NCBI GenBank assembly: GCA_963778655.1
Contig: CAVZVA010000003.1
Span: 320,001 to 384,000 of the forward strand
Reading direction: 5' to 3'
From: an uncultured delta proteobacterium
Lineage (GTDB): Bacteria > Myxococcota_A > Polyangia > Polyangiales > JAFGIB01
Length of the DNA: 64,000 bases
A model generated the notes under the pieces. The model did no database searches. It had not been told where the DNA came from and worked only from the letters and a program-made list of their open reading frames with translations. Position 1 is the first letter of the stretch, and the number at the start of each line of letters is the position of its first letter. The position numbers and the translations under genes were made by a program. This document shows positions 49,962 to 60,030 of the stretch, in pieces.

Positions 49962-51263
49962 ATGAAATGGTTGCCAATGGGACGAGGCCGGGGTGTGTCG
50001 GGAGGCGGTTGCCAGAGCCGCGGGCAGAAGTCCGCGGCTCTGGCGGCCCCTTGTATCCCCGGTATCGGGGGGCTGCTCTTGCTGCTCTCGCTGCTTTTGC
50101 TCGCGGGCCTGCTCGCTGCCTGCCAGGGCCCCCAGACAGGGCCCGGCCTGGAGCCCCCGGGCGCGCTTGGCAGCGGCGATAGGTCCACCCACGGCGCGAC
50201 CATGCCTCAAACGGCGGGCACCGGCGGCGCCTCCTTCGGTAACTCCGAACCAGGACAGGTGCCGCAGCCGACGACGATTGGAACCGGTGGCACCACCGCG
50301 GGCGTGGGCTCCCCAAGCGCCTCCATGGGCGGCGCGGGATCGGCCGCCAGCGCTGATGCCGGCGCGACCTATCCGCCGGCGATGGGTGGCACCAACGCCG
50401 CGGACTGCGCGTCGACGCGCGTGGCAGTCCAGCTCGGCGTGCACCTGCTGGTGGACGAATCGGCGGCGATGGTCTTCCCCAATGATATGTGGAGCCCGCT
50501 CGGGCAGGCGCTCGACTCGCTGGTCTCGAGCGAGTCGGGCTCGGAGCTGCAGCTCGGCGTGCAGTTCTTCCAGGGCGCCTGCGATCCCAACAGCTACGCC
50601 GCGCCCGCGTTGCCGATCGGGCCGGTGGCCCAGCAGCAACCGGCGCTCGACGCGGCGATGGGCGCGCGCACGCACGGGCCGGGCGCCGCGACCACGCTTG
50701 CGCTCGACGGCGCATTGGCCCACGCGCGCCAGTGGGCGACCGACTCGCAGGGCAACCCCGCGGTGGTGCTGATCAGCGGCAGCGAGCCGACGGCCTGCCT
50801 GGGCAACGCCAGCACCGCCGCGGCGAGCGCAGCCACCGGCCTCGACCAGATGCCGGCGGTGCCAACCTACGTGGTCGCGCTCGGCGCGACGGCCAGCCTC
50901 GACCAGGTGGCGCAAGCCGGAGGCAGCACGGCCGCGCTGCAGGTCGCCGAGCCCACCTCGCAGCAGGCGCTGCTCGAAGCGTTGCAGGCGGCGATCGCAC
51001 AGGCGGGCTGCTCGATCGCGCTTCCGGCCACAGCCGCGCCCTACCTGCCCGATCAGGTCAACCTCGAGCTGACCAGCGGCGGAGCCACCACCACGCTAGT
51101 GCGCGTGACCGACGCCGCCTCCTGCGATCCGAGCGCGGGCGGCTGGTACTTCGACGCTGCGCAGAGCCCCAAGCGCGCGCTGCTGTGCGACGCGAGCTGC
51201 AAGCAGGTCACCGGCGGCGGCAGCGTCTCGATCGTGACGGGCTGCGCGACGCGCGCCAACTGA
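49962..51263 (+). CDS. VWA-like domain lipoprotein
   Basis: LAAC lipobox, LLVDESAAM, VVLISGSEP, GGWYFD...LCDASC. Confidence 0.7.
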   Translation: MKWLPMGRGRGVSGGGCQSRGQKSAALAAPCIPGIGGLLLLLSLLLLAGLLAACQGPQTGPGLEPPGALGSGDRSTHGATMPQTAGTGGASFGNSEPGQVPQPTTIGTGGTTAGVGSPSASMGGAGSAASADAGATYPPAMGGTNAADCASTRVAVQLGVHLLVDESAAMVFPNDMWSPLGQALDSLVSSESGSELQLGVQFFQGACDPNSYAAPALPIGPVAQQQPALDAAMGARTHGPGAATTLALDGALAHARQWATDSQGNPAVVLISGSEPTACLGNASTAAASAATGLDQMPAVPTYVVALGATASLDQVAQAGGSTAALQVAEPTSQQALLEALQAAIAQAGCSIALPATAAPYLPDQVNLELTSGGATTTLVRVTDAASCDPSAGGWYFDAAQSPKRALLCDASCKQVTGGGSVSIVTGCATRAN

Positions 51264-51307
51264 GGAGCGCACCCCGCGCGCGTGCTGCACGGTGCAGCGC
51301 CGTGACC

Positions 51308-54300
51308 TCAGCGCGCGGCCGACTCGCCCCCGTCCGCGGCCGCACCGCCGCGCAGCGCGCGCAGCTGGGCTACGCGCGCCGGTGCGCCCAGCCGAGCCCA
51401 CAGTTGCTCGGCGGCATCGAGCTCCCGGCAAGCCTCCGTGCGCAGGCCCGCTTGCTGCAACAGCTCCGCGAGCCCCTGCCGCGCGAACGCGACCCACGGC
51501 TGCATGCCCAGCTGCAGCGCCTTGTCCAGCGCCTGCTGGTATGCGGCGCGCGCATCTTGCTCTCGGCCCCGGCTCGCCCGCAGCGCCGCGCCGAGCTGGA
51601 TCAGCGCGCACACGTGGTAGGCGTGCTCGCCGCAGCTGCGGGTGTCCTGCTCGGCGCGCTCGGCGGTCTGCAGCGCGGCGGCCACCTCGCCGCTCCGCAG
51701 CTGCGCGTCGCTCAGCCCGACCAACAAGTAGTCCAAGCCGTAGTGCCCCGCCTCGCGATAGGTCTCGCGCGCCATCGCGTCCTCGAGCAGGGTGCGTCCG
51801 GCCACCAGCTGGCCGCAGTCGAGCAGCGCCATGCCCAGGCGCGCGGCGGTCGGCGCATACATCACACGCACCTCGTCGCGCTCGCAGATCAGCATCGCCT
51901 CGGTCAGGAGGCGCAGCGCGATCTCGGGCTCGCCCGTGACCAGGCGGAAGAACCCGCCCTCCTCGAGGATCATCGTGCGCGAATGCGGGTGGTTGAGCTC
52001 GTCGGCGAGCACGCGTCCCTCCGCCAACAGGCGCCCGGCTTCCTCGAAGCCCCCCAGCATGCTCAGGCACGAGACGGCGAAGGTGCGCGCGAACACCCCC
52101 GGATAGCCGGACCAGCCGACCAAGCGCTGGCGCCCCAGCGTGCCCGAGAACTTCTCGATCATCTCGCGAAAGATCGTCACCGCCGACTCGAGCTCGCCGC
52201 GGGCGTGATGGATCATGGCGACGTTGTAGCGGGCGGCGGTTTCGAGCGGGAGCTCGGCGGCGCCGAGCTTCCCGGTCAGGCTCAACGCGCGCTGCGCCGC
52301 CTGCAGCGCGCGGTCGTGCTTCCCCGTCAGCCACAACCCGGCCGCGAGCTGGCTCGCGACCGCGGCCATGCGCCGCTCGTCGCCGAGGTCGCGCGCGTAG
52401 ACCTCGGCCTCGCCGAGCAGGGTGATCATGCGTTCGTGGTCGCCGGCCGGCAGCAGTGGAGCGAGCGCCGACAGGCGCAGGTCGACGGCGATGCCATCGC
52501 GCTCGCGCCCCGCAGGCAGCCGCTCGAGCACCTGCAAGCCGCGGTCGAGGTAGGCGACCGCCTGCGCGTTGGCCCAGCGGCTGGCGGCACGCGCGCAGGC
52601 GAGCTGGTGGTAGTGGCCAGCCTTGGCCCACAGCTCGGCGCGATAGGTGTGCTCGGCCAGGCGCTCGACGTGCTCGGCCGGGCGCGCCGCGAACAACTCT
52701 TCCATCGCTTCGACCACCCGCGCGTGCAGCGTGCGGCGGCGCGCGCGCACCAGCCGGCGGTAGACGACCTCCTGGATCAACGCGTGCCTGAAGCGGTAGA
52801 CGGGCGCGCGCGCGGTTCCGCTCTCGAATACCAGCTCGGCCTCGATCAACGGCTGCACGCGCGCCTGCAACGCGCCCTCGGGCAACGCCGCCGCCAGTCG
52901 CAGCAGCTCAGCCGGCGACTCGTCGCCGATCACGGCGGCGGCCTGCAGCAGCTCCAGCGCGTCAGGCGACAGCCGGTCGAGGCGCGCCGCGAGCAACGCC
53001 TCCACCGTTGCCGGGACCTCGAGCTGGTCGGGCTCGCCGTGCAGCGTGTAGTCGCCTGGGCAGCCGCGCAGCAACCCGCGCTCGACCAGCATGCGCGCGC
53101 TCTCCTCGATGAAGAACGGATTGCCTCCGGTGCGCTCGGCGAGCATCCTGCGCAGCGGGGCGAGCGCAGCGCCCGGCCCCAGCAGCGCCTGCAGCAGGGC
53201 TTCGGCACCCTCGGGCGGAAGGCTCGAGAGCCGGCACTGCGCGACGTGCGCAAGCTGCGGCCAACCCGGCTCGATCTCGGTGCGATGGGTCAACAGCAGC
53301 AACGTGCGCGGACCCGGCGGCGTCTCGATCAGGCTGCGGATGAAGGCCAGCGACTCCGCGTCCGACCAGTGCAAGTCCTCGAGCACGAGCAGGCACGGGC
53401 CGCGCGCGCTGAACACCTCCAGCAAGACCCTCAGCGTGGACTCGATGCGCCGCCGTCTCTGCACCGGATCGAGCCGGCGCCATTCCGGGTCGCCCCCGGA
53501 CACGTTGAGCAGGACCAGCACGAGCTGGGTGCAGGCGTGGTCGTCGCTGCCGAGCTCGTGCAACGCCGCGTGCACCTTGCTCGCGATGCGGGCCGCATCG
53601 TCGTCGCCGTCGATGCCGAGCAGCGAGCGCAGCACGTTGGCCAGCAGCCCGTACGGCGTGCCGCGCCCGTAGGACACCGCCGCGGCCTCGAGCACGCCGC
53701 AACCCTCGGCGCCCGGACCGCGCAGCAGCTCGTAGCACAGGCGCGACTTGCCGACGCCAGGCTCTCCGGAAAGCACCAGCGCGCGGCTCTCGCCCTGCAC
53801 CGCGGCCGCGAGCGCGCCCTGCAACAGCTGCAGCGCGTCGGCGCGTCCCGACAGCGGCGAGAGCCCGCGCGGCTCGATCGCCTGGAAACGCGCCCGCATG
53901 GTGACGCCCTGCAGCTCGAACAGCTCGACCATGTCGTGCACGCCCTTGATCTCCTGCGGACCCAGCGAGCGCACCCGCAGCTGCCCGCGTCCGAGCCGCA
54001 TGGTCTCCGCGGTCAGCCACACCTGGCCGGGCGCGGCGAGCTGCTCCATGCGCGCGGCCATGTGCGTGGTCGAGCCGACCGCGCGGTACTCCATGCTGAG
54101 ATCGTTGCGGACGGTGCGGATCAGCACGTCGCCCGAGTTCAGGCCCACGCGGATCTGCGGCACGATGCCGCGCTCGACCCAGCTCGGGTCGCGCAGGCGG
54201 CCGATCGCGCGCTGCATCGCCAGCGCCGCGGCCGCTGCGCGCACCGCGTGATCCTCGTGCGCGACGGGCGCGCCGAACAACGCCATGATGCCGTCGCCCA

Positions 54301-54697
54301 GCACCTGATTGACGGTGCCCTCGAAGCGATGGACCGCCTCGGTCATGGCGGCCAGCACCGCGTCGAGCATGGCCTGGGCTTCCTCCGGGTCGCCGCCCTC
54401 GATCGCGCCGAACGAGCCGCGCAGATCGGCGAACAGCACCGTCACCTGCTTGCGCTCGCCCTCGAGCGCAGCGCGCGAGCGCAGCACGCGCTCGATCAGG
54501 TGGCTGGGGGCGCGCGTGTAGGCCGCCACCGGGTCGGCCACACGGCCGGCGAGCTCACGGCCACAGCCGCTGCAGAAGTTCGCCTGCGCCAGGTTGGTCG
54601 CGCCGCAAGCCGCGCAGCTGCGGGGCAGCTGCGCACCGCAGCACCGGCAGTCTGCGCTGACAGCCGTTGTTTCCGCTCCGCAGCTGGGACAGTGCAC
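51308..54697 (-). CDS. Adenylate/guanylate cyclase with zinc ribbon, AAA ATPase and TPR domains
   Basis: CPSCG, VTVLFADLRGS, GDGIMALFGAP, GEPGVGKS, LEDLHW, GGNPFF. Confidence 0.92.
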   Translation of the reverse strand: MHCPSCGAETTAVSADCRCCGAQLPRSCAACGATNLAQANFCSGCGRELAGRVADPVAAYTRAPSHLIERVLRSRAALEGERKQVTVLFADLRGSFGAIEGGDPEEAQAMLDAVLAAMTEAVHRFEGTVNQVLGDGIMALFGAPVAHEDHAVRAAAAALAMQRAIGRLRDPSWVERGIVPQIRVGLNSGDVLIRTVRNDLSMEYRAVGSTTHMAARMEQLAAPGQVWLTAETMRLGRGQLRVRSLGPQEIKGVHDMVELFELQGVTMRARFQAIEPRGLSPLSGRADALQLLQGALAAAVQGESRALVLSGEPGVGKSRLCYELLRGPGAEGCGVLEAAAVSYGRGTPYGLLANVLRSLLGIDGDDDAARIASKVHAALHELGSDDHACTQLVLVLLNVSGGDPEWRRLDPVQRRRRIESTLRVLLEVFSARGPCLLVLEDLHWSDAESLAFIRSLIETPPGPRTLLLLTHRTEIEPGWPQLAHVAQCRLSSLPPEGAEALLQALLGPGAALAPLRRMLAERTGGNPFFIEESARMLVERGLLRGCPGDYTLHGEPDQLEVPATVEALLAARLDRLSPDALELLQAAAVIGDESPAELLRLAAALPEGALQARVQPLIEAELVFESGTARAPVYRFRHALIQEVVYRRLVRARRRTLHARVVEAMEELFAARPAEHVERLAEHTYRAELWAKAGHYHQLACARAASRWANAQAVAYLDRGLQVLERLPAGRERDGIAVDLRLSALAPLLPAGDHERMITLLGEAEVYARDLGDERRMAAVASQLAAGLWLTGKHDRALQAAQRALSLTGKLGAAELPLETAARYNVAMIHHARGELESAVTIFREMIEKFSGTLGRQRLVGWSGYPGVFARTFAVSCLSMLGGFEEAGRLLAEGRVLADELNHPHSRTMILEEGGFFRLVTGEPEIALRLLTEAMLICERDEVRVMYAPTAARLGMALLDCGQLVAGRTLLEDAMARETYREAGHYGLDYLLVGLSDAQLRSGEVAAALQTAERAEQDTRSCGEHAYHVCALIQLGAALRASRGREQDARAAYQQALDKALQLGMQPWVAFARQGLAELLQQAGLRTEACRELDAAEQLWARLGAPARVAQLRALRGGAAADGGESAAR

Positions 54698-54892
54698 AGA
54701 CCCTCGCCCAGGGAGCTGCGCGCCAGGCGCGGCCGTGGATACCTCCCCGTGCCTGCGGCTCAACGTAGCGCGCGCCTGCGCGGATGGCGAGGGCGGACGC
54801 GCTCGAAGTGGTCCAGGACAGCGGTTGATCGCGGCCAACCGGGGCCCGCCTCGCGTGCGGGTCCCGGGCCGCTGCTCTAGACTAGGCGTCCC

Positions 54893-55768
54893 ATGGAGGC
54901 AGCGGAGCGACGCCGCACGCAGGGCGGACTGCGGTTCTTATGGCAGGTCAGTGGCTTCGTGCTGCGCACGATTCGCGGCTTCCTGCACAACGGCGGCGTG
55001 GTGCTGGTCGGCGCGCTCGCCTACAACGGGCTGCTTTCGGTGATACCGCTGTTTCTGCTGGCCACCGCATTGTTCGCCCGCTTCGTCGATCGCGAGCGCT
55101 TCATCGCGGTCGTCGCCCGCGAGCTGCGCGACCTGGCGCCCGGAGCGTACGCGCAGCCGCTGACCGAGACGCTGCTGTCGCTGCTGAAGACGCCCTACGC
55201 CGGCGGCGTGATCGGGCTGCTCACCCTGGTCTTCTTCAGCACGCTCATGTTTCGCACCCTGCAGCACGCGCTCGACGTCATCTTCATCCACCGCCGCGAG
55301 ACCCACGACCCGCGCCCGCTGCTGGCCTCGATCGCGATCTCGATCGCCTATGTGCTGGCGATCGGGCTGGCGTCGTTCGCGCAGACGCTGGCGCTGATCG
55401 GGCTCGACGCGGTGCCACTCTTGGCCCAGGCGATCCCGCGCTGGGCGGGCCTGATCGGTATACTGGGGATGGCGTTGGTGCTGGCGTCGATCTACCTGGT
55501 GATGCCGCTCGGCAAGGGCAACACGCGCGCCGCGCTGATCGGCGGGCTGGTGGCGGCGCTGCTGTGGCAGGGCCTGCAAGGCGCCATGGTGTGGTACTTC
55601 CAGAACGTCTCGGCGGTGAGCGCGATCTACGGCTCGCTGTCGGCCGTGATCGTGGTGCTGCTGAGCTTTGAGGCCGCGGCCGCGATCGTGCTGCTGGGCG
55701 CCCAAGTGATCGCCGAGCTGGAAAAGAGCTGGCGCGCAGGCCGCCACTGGTACGAGCCTCCGGCCTGA
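54893..55768 (+). CDS. YihY/virulence factor BrkB family membrane protein
   Basis: GALAYNGLLSVIP, IYGSLSAVIVVLL, LLGAQ. Confidence 0.88.
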   Translation: MEAAERRRTQGGLRFLWQVSGFVLRTIRGFLHNGGVVLVGALAYNGLLSVIPLFLLATALFARFVDRERFIAVVARELRDLAPGAYAQPLTETLLSLLKTPYAGGVIGLLTLVFFSTLMFRTLQHALDVIFIHRRETHDPRPLLASIAISIAYVLAIGLASFAQTLALIGLDAVPLLAQAIPRWAGLIGILGMALVLASIYLVMPLGKGNTRAALIGGLVAALLWQGLQGAMVWYFQNVSAVSAIYGSLSAVIVVLLSFEAAAAIVLLGAQVIAELEKSWRAGRHWYEPPA

Positions 55769-55811
55769 CCCGTGATCTGCTACAACACCGCGGTGTCGAC
55801 GAGGCGGTCTG

Positions 55812-57494
55812 ATGTCGTCGAGAGCTGCTGATGAGCACGCGCTCGAAACGCGGAGCGAAGCGACCCCGCGGGAAGGTGGAGCCCCAACGGCTTTGCCGGT
55901 GGGGCGGGAGGGTCGCGTGACCCTTCCGGCCACCAAAGAGGTTTCGATCGAGCTTGCGCTCGATGAGCCGCAGAGCGATGCGCACTTGCGGGCGCGCGTG
56001 GCCCGGGCGCTGGGTGCGTCCGAGTCGAGCTTGCCCGCGATCGCGCTGCGCAAGCGCTCGCTCGACGCGCGCCGCGGCAGCGTGCGCTTCCGGCTGCTGC
56101 TCGAGGTCGGCGCGAGCGAAGCGGGCGAGCTCGGCGCGCCGCATCCACGCCAGGTGGGCGCGCCGCGCGTGGTGATCGTCGGCGACGGACCGGCCGGCTT
56201 GTTCTGCGCCTACGAGCTGGCCCGCCACGGCGTCGGCTGCACCGTGGTCGACCGCGGCAAGGCCGTGCAGCCGCGCCGCCACGATCTCAAGGGCCTCAAC
56301 CGGCACGGCGTGGTCGACCCGGATAGCAACTACTGTTTCGGCGAGGGCGGCGCAGGCACGTACAGCGACGGCAAGCTCTACACGCGTGCGCACAAGCGCG
56401 GCAGCGTGCGTGACGTGATCGAGATCCTGGCGCGGCACGGCGCGCCGCAGGCGATCCTTACCGACGCGCGCCCGCACATCGGCTCCAACAAGCTGCCGGC
56501 AGTGGTCGCCAGCATCCGCCGCGAGCTCGCGGGCACGGGCGTCGGCTTCGAGCTCGGCGCGCGCGTGGTCGATCTGGTAGTGCACGCGGGCGGGCGGCCA
56601 CAGCTGGCGGGCGTGCGTCTGGCCGACGGGCGCGAGCTGCTGGCCGAGCACGTGGTGCTGGCCACCGGCCACTCGGCCGCGGACGTGTACGCGCTGCTGG
56701 TGCAGCGCGGCGTGCGGCTGGAGGCCAAGGCGTTTGCGCTCGGCGTGCGCGTCGAGCACCCGCAGCCGCTCATCGATCGCATCCAGTACGGGCGCGCCGC
56801 CGGCCACCCGGCCCTGCCCGCCGCGGCCTACCGGCTGGCCCACGAGGTGGACGGGCGCGGCGTGTTCTCGTTCTGCATGTGCCCCGGCGGCTTCATCGTG
56901 CCGGCCTCGACCCTGCCCGGCGGCGTGGTGGTCAACGGCATGAGCCTGTCGCGGCGCAGCTCGCGCTACGCCAACTCCGGGCTGGTGGTCGCGCTCGAGC
57001 CCGGCGAGCTCGCGGCTGCCGGCTTCGGCGGCCCGCTCGGCGGCATCGCACTGCAGCGCAAGCTGGAGCAGGCCGCGTTCGCAGCCGGCGGCGGCATGTT
57101 GCGGGCGCCGGCCACGCGCGTGACCGATTTCGTCGCCGGCCGCGGATCGTCGACGGTGCCGGGCTCGAGCTATCTGCCCGGGCTGCAGGCGGGCGACGTG
57201 GCCGAGGTGCTCGACTGCGCCGGGCTCGCGCTCGCGGCGCCACTGCGGCAGGCGCTGCGCGCGTTCGAGGCGCGCATGCGCGGCTACCTGACCGAAGAGG
57301 CGGTGCTGGTCGGTGTGGAGTCGCGCACCAGCGCGCCCTTGCGCGTGCTGCGCCATCCGGACACGCTCGAGGCGCCCGACCTTGCGGGGCTGTTCCCCGC
57401 CGGCGAGGGCGCGGGCTACGCTGGCGGCATCATGAGCGCAGCCATGGACGGCGTGCGCATCGCGCGCCGGATTGCGGGACTGGTCGCGCGATGA
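55812..57494 (+). CDS. FAD-dependent oxidoreductase
   Basis: IVGDGPAG, FGEGGAGTYSDGKL, FCMCPGG, GEGAGYAGGIMSAAMDG. Confidence 0.92.
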   Translation: MSSRAADEHALETRSEATPREGGAPTALPVGREGRVTLPATKEVSIELALDEPQSDAHLRARVARALGASESSLPAIALRKRSLDARRGSVRFRLLLEVGASEAGELGAPHPRQVGAPRVVIVGDGPAGLFCAYELARHGVGCTVVDRGKAVQPRRHDLKGLNRHGVVDPDSNYCFGEGGAGTYSDGKLYTRAHKRGSVRDVIEILARHGAPQAILTDARPHIGSNKLPAVVASIRRELAGTGVGFELGARVVDLVVHAGGRPQLAGVRLADGRELLAEHVVLATGHSAADVYALLVQRGVRLEAKAFALGVRVEHPQPLIDRIQYGRAAGHPALPAAAYRLAHEVDGRGVFSFCMCPGGFIVPASTLPGGVVVNGMSLSRRSSRYANSGLVVALEPGELAAAGFGGPLGGIALQRKLEQAAFAAGGGMLRAPATRVTDFVAGRGSSTVPGSSYLPGLQAGDVAEVLDCAGLALAAPLRQALRAFEARMRGYLTEEAVLVGVESRTSAPLRVLRHPDTLEAPDLAGLFPAGEGAGYAGGIMSAAMDGVRIARRIAGLVAR

Positions 57495-58174
57495 TCCCCT
57501 GGAAGCACCTCGACAGCGCAAAGGTCCCCGGCGGTGAGGGCGAGCTGAAGCTGTACCAGCGCGACCAGGAGTTCTCGATCCGCATCGACGGCTGCGAGCT
57601 GATGAACAGCCGCATGTACGGCTCGGAGGACGCGCTCGCGGAGCTTGCGTGCGCGCGCGTCACGGACCGTGCGCGGGCGCGCGTGCTGATCGGCGGGCTC
57701 GGCGTCGGCTACACGCTGGCCGCCGCGCTACGCGCGCTCGGCCCGGAAGCGGTGCTGGAGGTTGCAGAGCTGGTGCCCGCGGTGGTGCGCTGGAACCGCG
57801 GCCCGCTCTCGCACATCGCGGGCCATCCGCTGCGCGACCGCCGGGCGCGGGTGCGCGAGGTGGACGTGGGCGAGCTGCTGCGCGGCGCGCAGGCGGCCTA
57901 CGACGCGATCATGCTCGACGTCGACAACGGTCCCGATGGGCTCACGCGCAAGGCCAACGACTGGCTGTACGGCGCGAGCGGCCTGAAGGCGGCGCGCGGC
58001 GCGCTGCGGCCCGCGGGTGTGCTCGCGGTGTGGTCGGCCGCCGCCGATCGCGGCTTCGCCGCCCGCCTGCGCCGCGCCGGCTTCGCCGTCGAGGAGGTGG
58101 CCGTGCGCTCACGCGCACGCGGCCGCGGCGCGCGCCACACCATCTGGCTGGCGCGCGCACCGGGCAGATCATGA
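57491..58174 (+). CDS. Spermidine synthase-like methyltransferase
   Basis: ELMNSR, VLIGGLGVGYT, MLDVDNGP. Confidence 0.85.
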   Translation: MIPWKHLDSAKVPGGEGELKLYQRDQEFSIRIDGCELMNSRMYGSEDALAELACARVTDRARARVLIGGLGVGYTLAAALRALGPEAVLEVAELVPAVVRWNRGPLSHIAGHPLRDRRARVREVDVGELLRGAQAAYDAIMLDVDNGPDGLTRKANDWLYGASGLKAARGALRPAGVLAVWSAAADRGFAARLRRAGFAVEEVAVRSRARGRGARHTIWLARAPGRS

Positions 58175-58184
58175 AGACTCACAG

Positions 58185-58245
58185 CAAGACGGCGAGACGG
58201 CAAGACGGGAAGCCGACGGGGATTTTATTCTTCCCGTCTTCCTGT
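58185..58245. terminator. Hairpin / short-repeat tract between convergent genes
   Basis: AAGACGGGAAG ... CTTCCCGTCTT inverted repeat. Confidence 0.5.
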
Positions 58246-58268
58246 TGACCCTTCGGAGTCATGCGCGC

Positions 58269-58994
58269 TCAGCGTGAGCCGGTTGCCTGGCGTGGCTGCA
58301 GCACGCGTAGGCGTCGCTGCACCGCGTGCAGCTCGCGGCGCAGCTCTTCGATCTGCTGCTGCTGACGCTTGAGCGCGGCGACCGCCATGCTGGTGTAGCC
58401 GTACAGGTCCACCCGGTCGCGCGCGGCGTCCACGCACAGCGGTGCGCTCGGCTCCACGTCCTCGAGCACGAACCCGAGGTGCTTGCGCGCCCGCAAGTCG
58501 TCCTTGTAGCGATAGGTCGCCAGCGGCAGCGCCAGCAGCTGATCGGCGTAGCGCTGCAGCTCGTCCGGGCTCAGGTACTCGATGTCGCGCTTGAAGCGCG
58601 CGCGAGAGATCGGGCAGCCGCCGGGCTGCATGCGCGGGTCGTGGTCGGTGCACAGCAGGTTCTCGCCGCAGCCGGTGCCGGGGTCGCAGGTCTCGCTGGC
58701 GTGCGTACAGCTGTCGCCGGCTTGTTGCGTGGTGCAGCGGGGCGCGCCGGTGGCCGCATCGGCCTGGCCCGGGCCGCCGCACACCGGATAACCGCAGGTC
58801 AAATACCAGCGCAGCGCGGGCGCGCCGCCGTCGGTGCCCGCGTCCTTGGCCGCCCCGTCGCGACCGCCAGCGTCACGCACGCCGGCATCGCCCGGCAGCG
58901 CGCTCTTGCTGCAGCCGGCCAGCGCCAGGCACGCGGCGGCTGTGTACATGCCCGCGCATCGCGCGGCGCGCGCCATCGCTCGGTGAGCACGCAT
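58269..58994 (-). CDS. Lipoprotein with C-terminal Peptidase_S74 (intramolecular chaperone)-like domain
   Basis: LAGC; SRARFKRDI, YRYK, LGFVLEDV, VDLYG and a coiled-coil tail. Confidence 0.75.
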   Translation of the reverse strand: MRAHRAMARAARCAGMYTAAACLALAGCSKSALPGDAGVRDAGGRDGAAKDAGTDGGAPALRWYLTCGYPVCGGPGQADAATGAPRCTTQQAGDSCTHASETCDPGTGCGENLLCTDHDPRMQPGGCPISRARFKRDIEYLSPDELQRYADQLLALPLATYRYKDDLRARKHLGFVLEDVEPSAPLCVDAARDRVDLYGYTSMAVAALKRQQQQIEELRRELHAVQRRLRVLQPRQATGSR

Positions 58995-59042
58995 GCATGT
59001 TTCCGTACGCGCGGCGCAGCCTCTGGCAACCCGATCGGCGGG

Positions 59043-59834
59043 CTACAAGCACACGCCGGTGCCGGTCGGAAGCCCGAGCTCCTTCGGCACGAGGCAGCTG
59101 CCCTCTCCGCAGGTCGCGTGCGCCGCGGGATCGCAGAACGCGACGCAATGGCTCTCGCTGCCGGACTTGATGCAGGCGGTGCCCGGGATGCAATCGGTGT
59201 TGAGCTCGCAACTCGCGCCGGTATGGCCACCGCCCGCCTGCAGGCACACGCGACAACTGGGGTCATCGGTCAGCGTGTAGCAGCCGCGACCCTCGCCGCA
59301 CGCGTGAGGGTCGCGCAGATCGCAATCGTCGCAGCGCTCGCACAGCGCGACGTCGCTCTGCCCGCCGTGCCCATCGCCGATGCCGATGCGGCAGCGCTGG
59401 CCTTCCGGACAACCGCGCGCCTGGTTGAAATTGCAGCAATAGTGCCGGCAGTGCCCGACTGGGCCGCCGCCCGCGGTGCAATCGAGCCCGGGTCCGCAGT
59501 CATGGTAGCTCGTGCAGGGATCGCCGTCGGCGCCGGCGCCAGCCGCAAGGCACTGCGACTCGGGCGACGCTCCCTTGGGTTGCGCCGGAAGCGCGAACAC
59601 GCAGCGCAGCCCGGAACCGCAGCTATCGGGGTCGCGCACATCGCAGGCCTCGGTGCCGCAACGCCGATCGCCTGCGTCGTTGTCGCCCTCGACCGCGAAC
59701 ATGCCCGTCATCTGCCCGGCCCCGCCGTCGGCCCCGCCGTCGGCCGCGGCCCGCAGCGGCGGCGATCCCGCCTTGCACGCAGACCAGGCGCACAGAAGCC
59801 CGCACAGCCACATCCCTCGGCCCCCGAACCGCAT
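59043..59834 (-). CDS. Cys-rich secreted protein
   Basis: Signal-like N-terminus; repeated GxxCxxxxDCxPGxxC. Confidence 0.65.
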   Translation of the reverse strand: MRFGGRGMWLCGLLCAWSACKAGSPPLRAAADGGADGGAGQMTGMFAVEGDNDAGDRRCGTEACDVRDPDSCGSGLRCVFALPAQPKGASPESQCLAAGAGADGDPCTSYHDCGPGLDCTAGGGPVGHCRHYCCNFNQARGCPEGQRCRIGIGDGHGGQSDVALCERCDDCDLRDPHACGEGRGCYTLTDDPSCRVCLQAGGGHTGASCELNTDCIPGTACIKSGSESHCVAFCDPAAHATCGEGSCLVPKELGLPTGTGVCL

Positions 59835-59859
59835 CGCCGCTACTGTATCGCGAACCCCT

Positions 59860-60010
59860 TCCCACGCCACCCGCCCCCCCCATCCCTCCAGCCCTACTCG
59901 CAGTCGAAGTCGCAGTCGTACCCCTGCCCCTGCCCGCACCCTTGCCCCTGCCCCCCCCTGCCCCTGCCCCCTGCCCCCTGCCCCCTGCCCGTCCTCGCCC
60001 TTCCCCCGCC
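59860..60010. repeat. C-rich simple-sequence tract (CCCCTG)n
   Basis: Read directly; intergenic. Confidence 0.7.
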
Positions 60011-60030
60011 GCGCCGGCCCCGCGCCGACC

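Noticed and set aside
50489..54880. 1463-aa plus-strand ORF
   Set aside because: Antisense shadow of the cyclase gene; typical of high-GC DNA.
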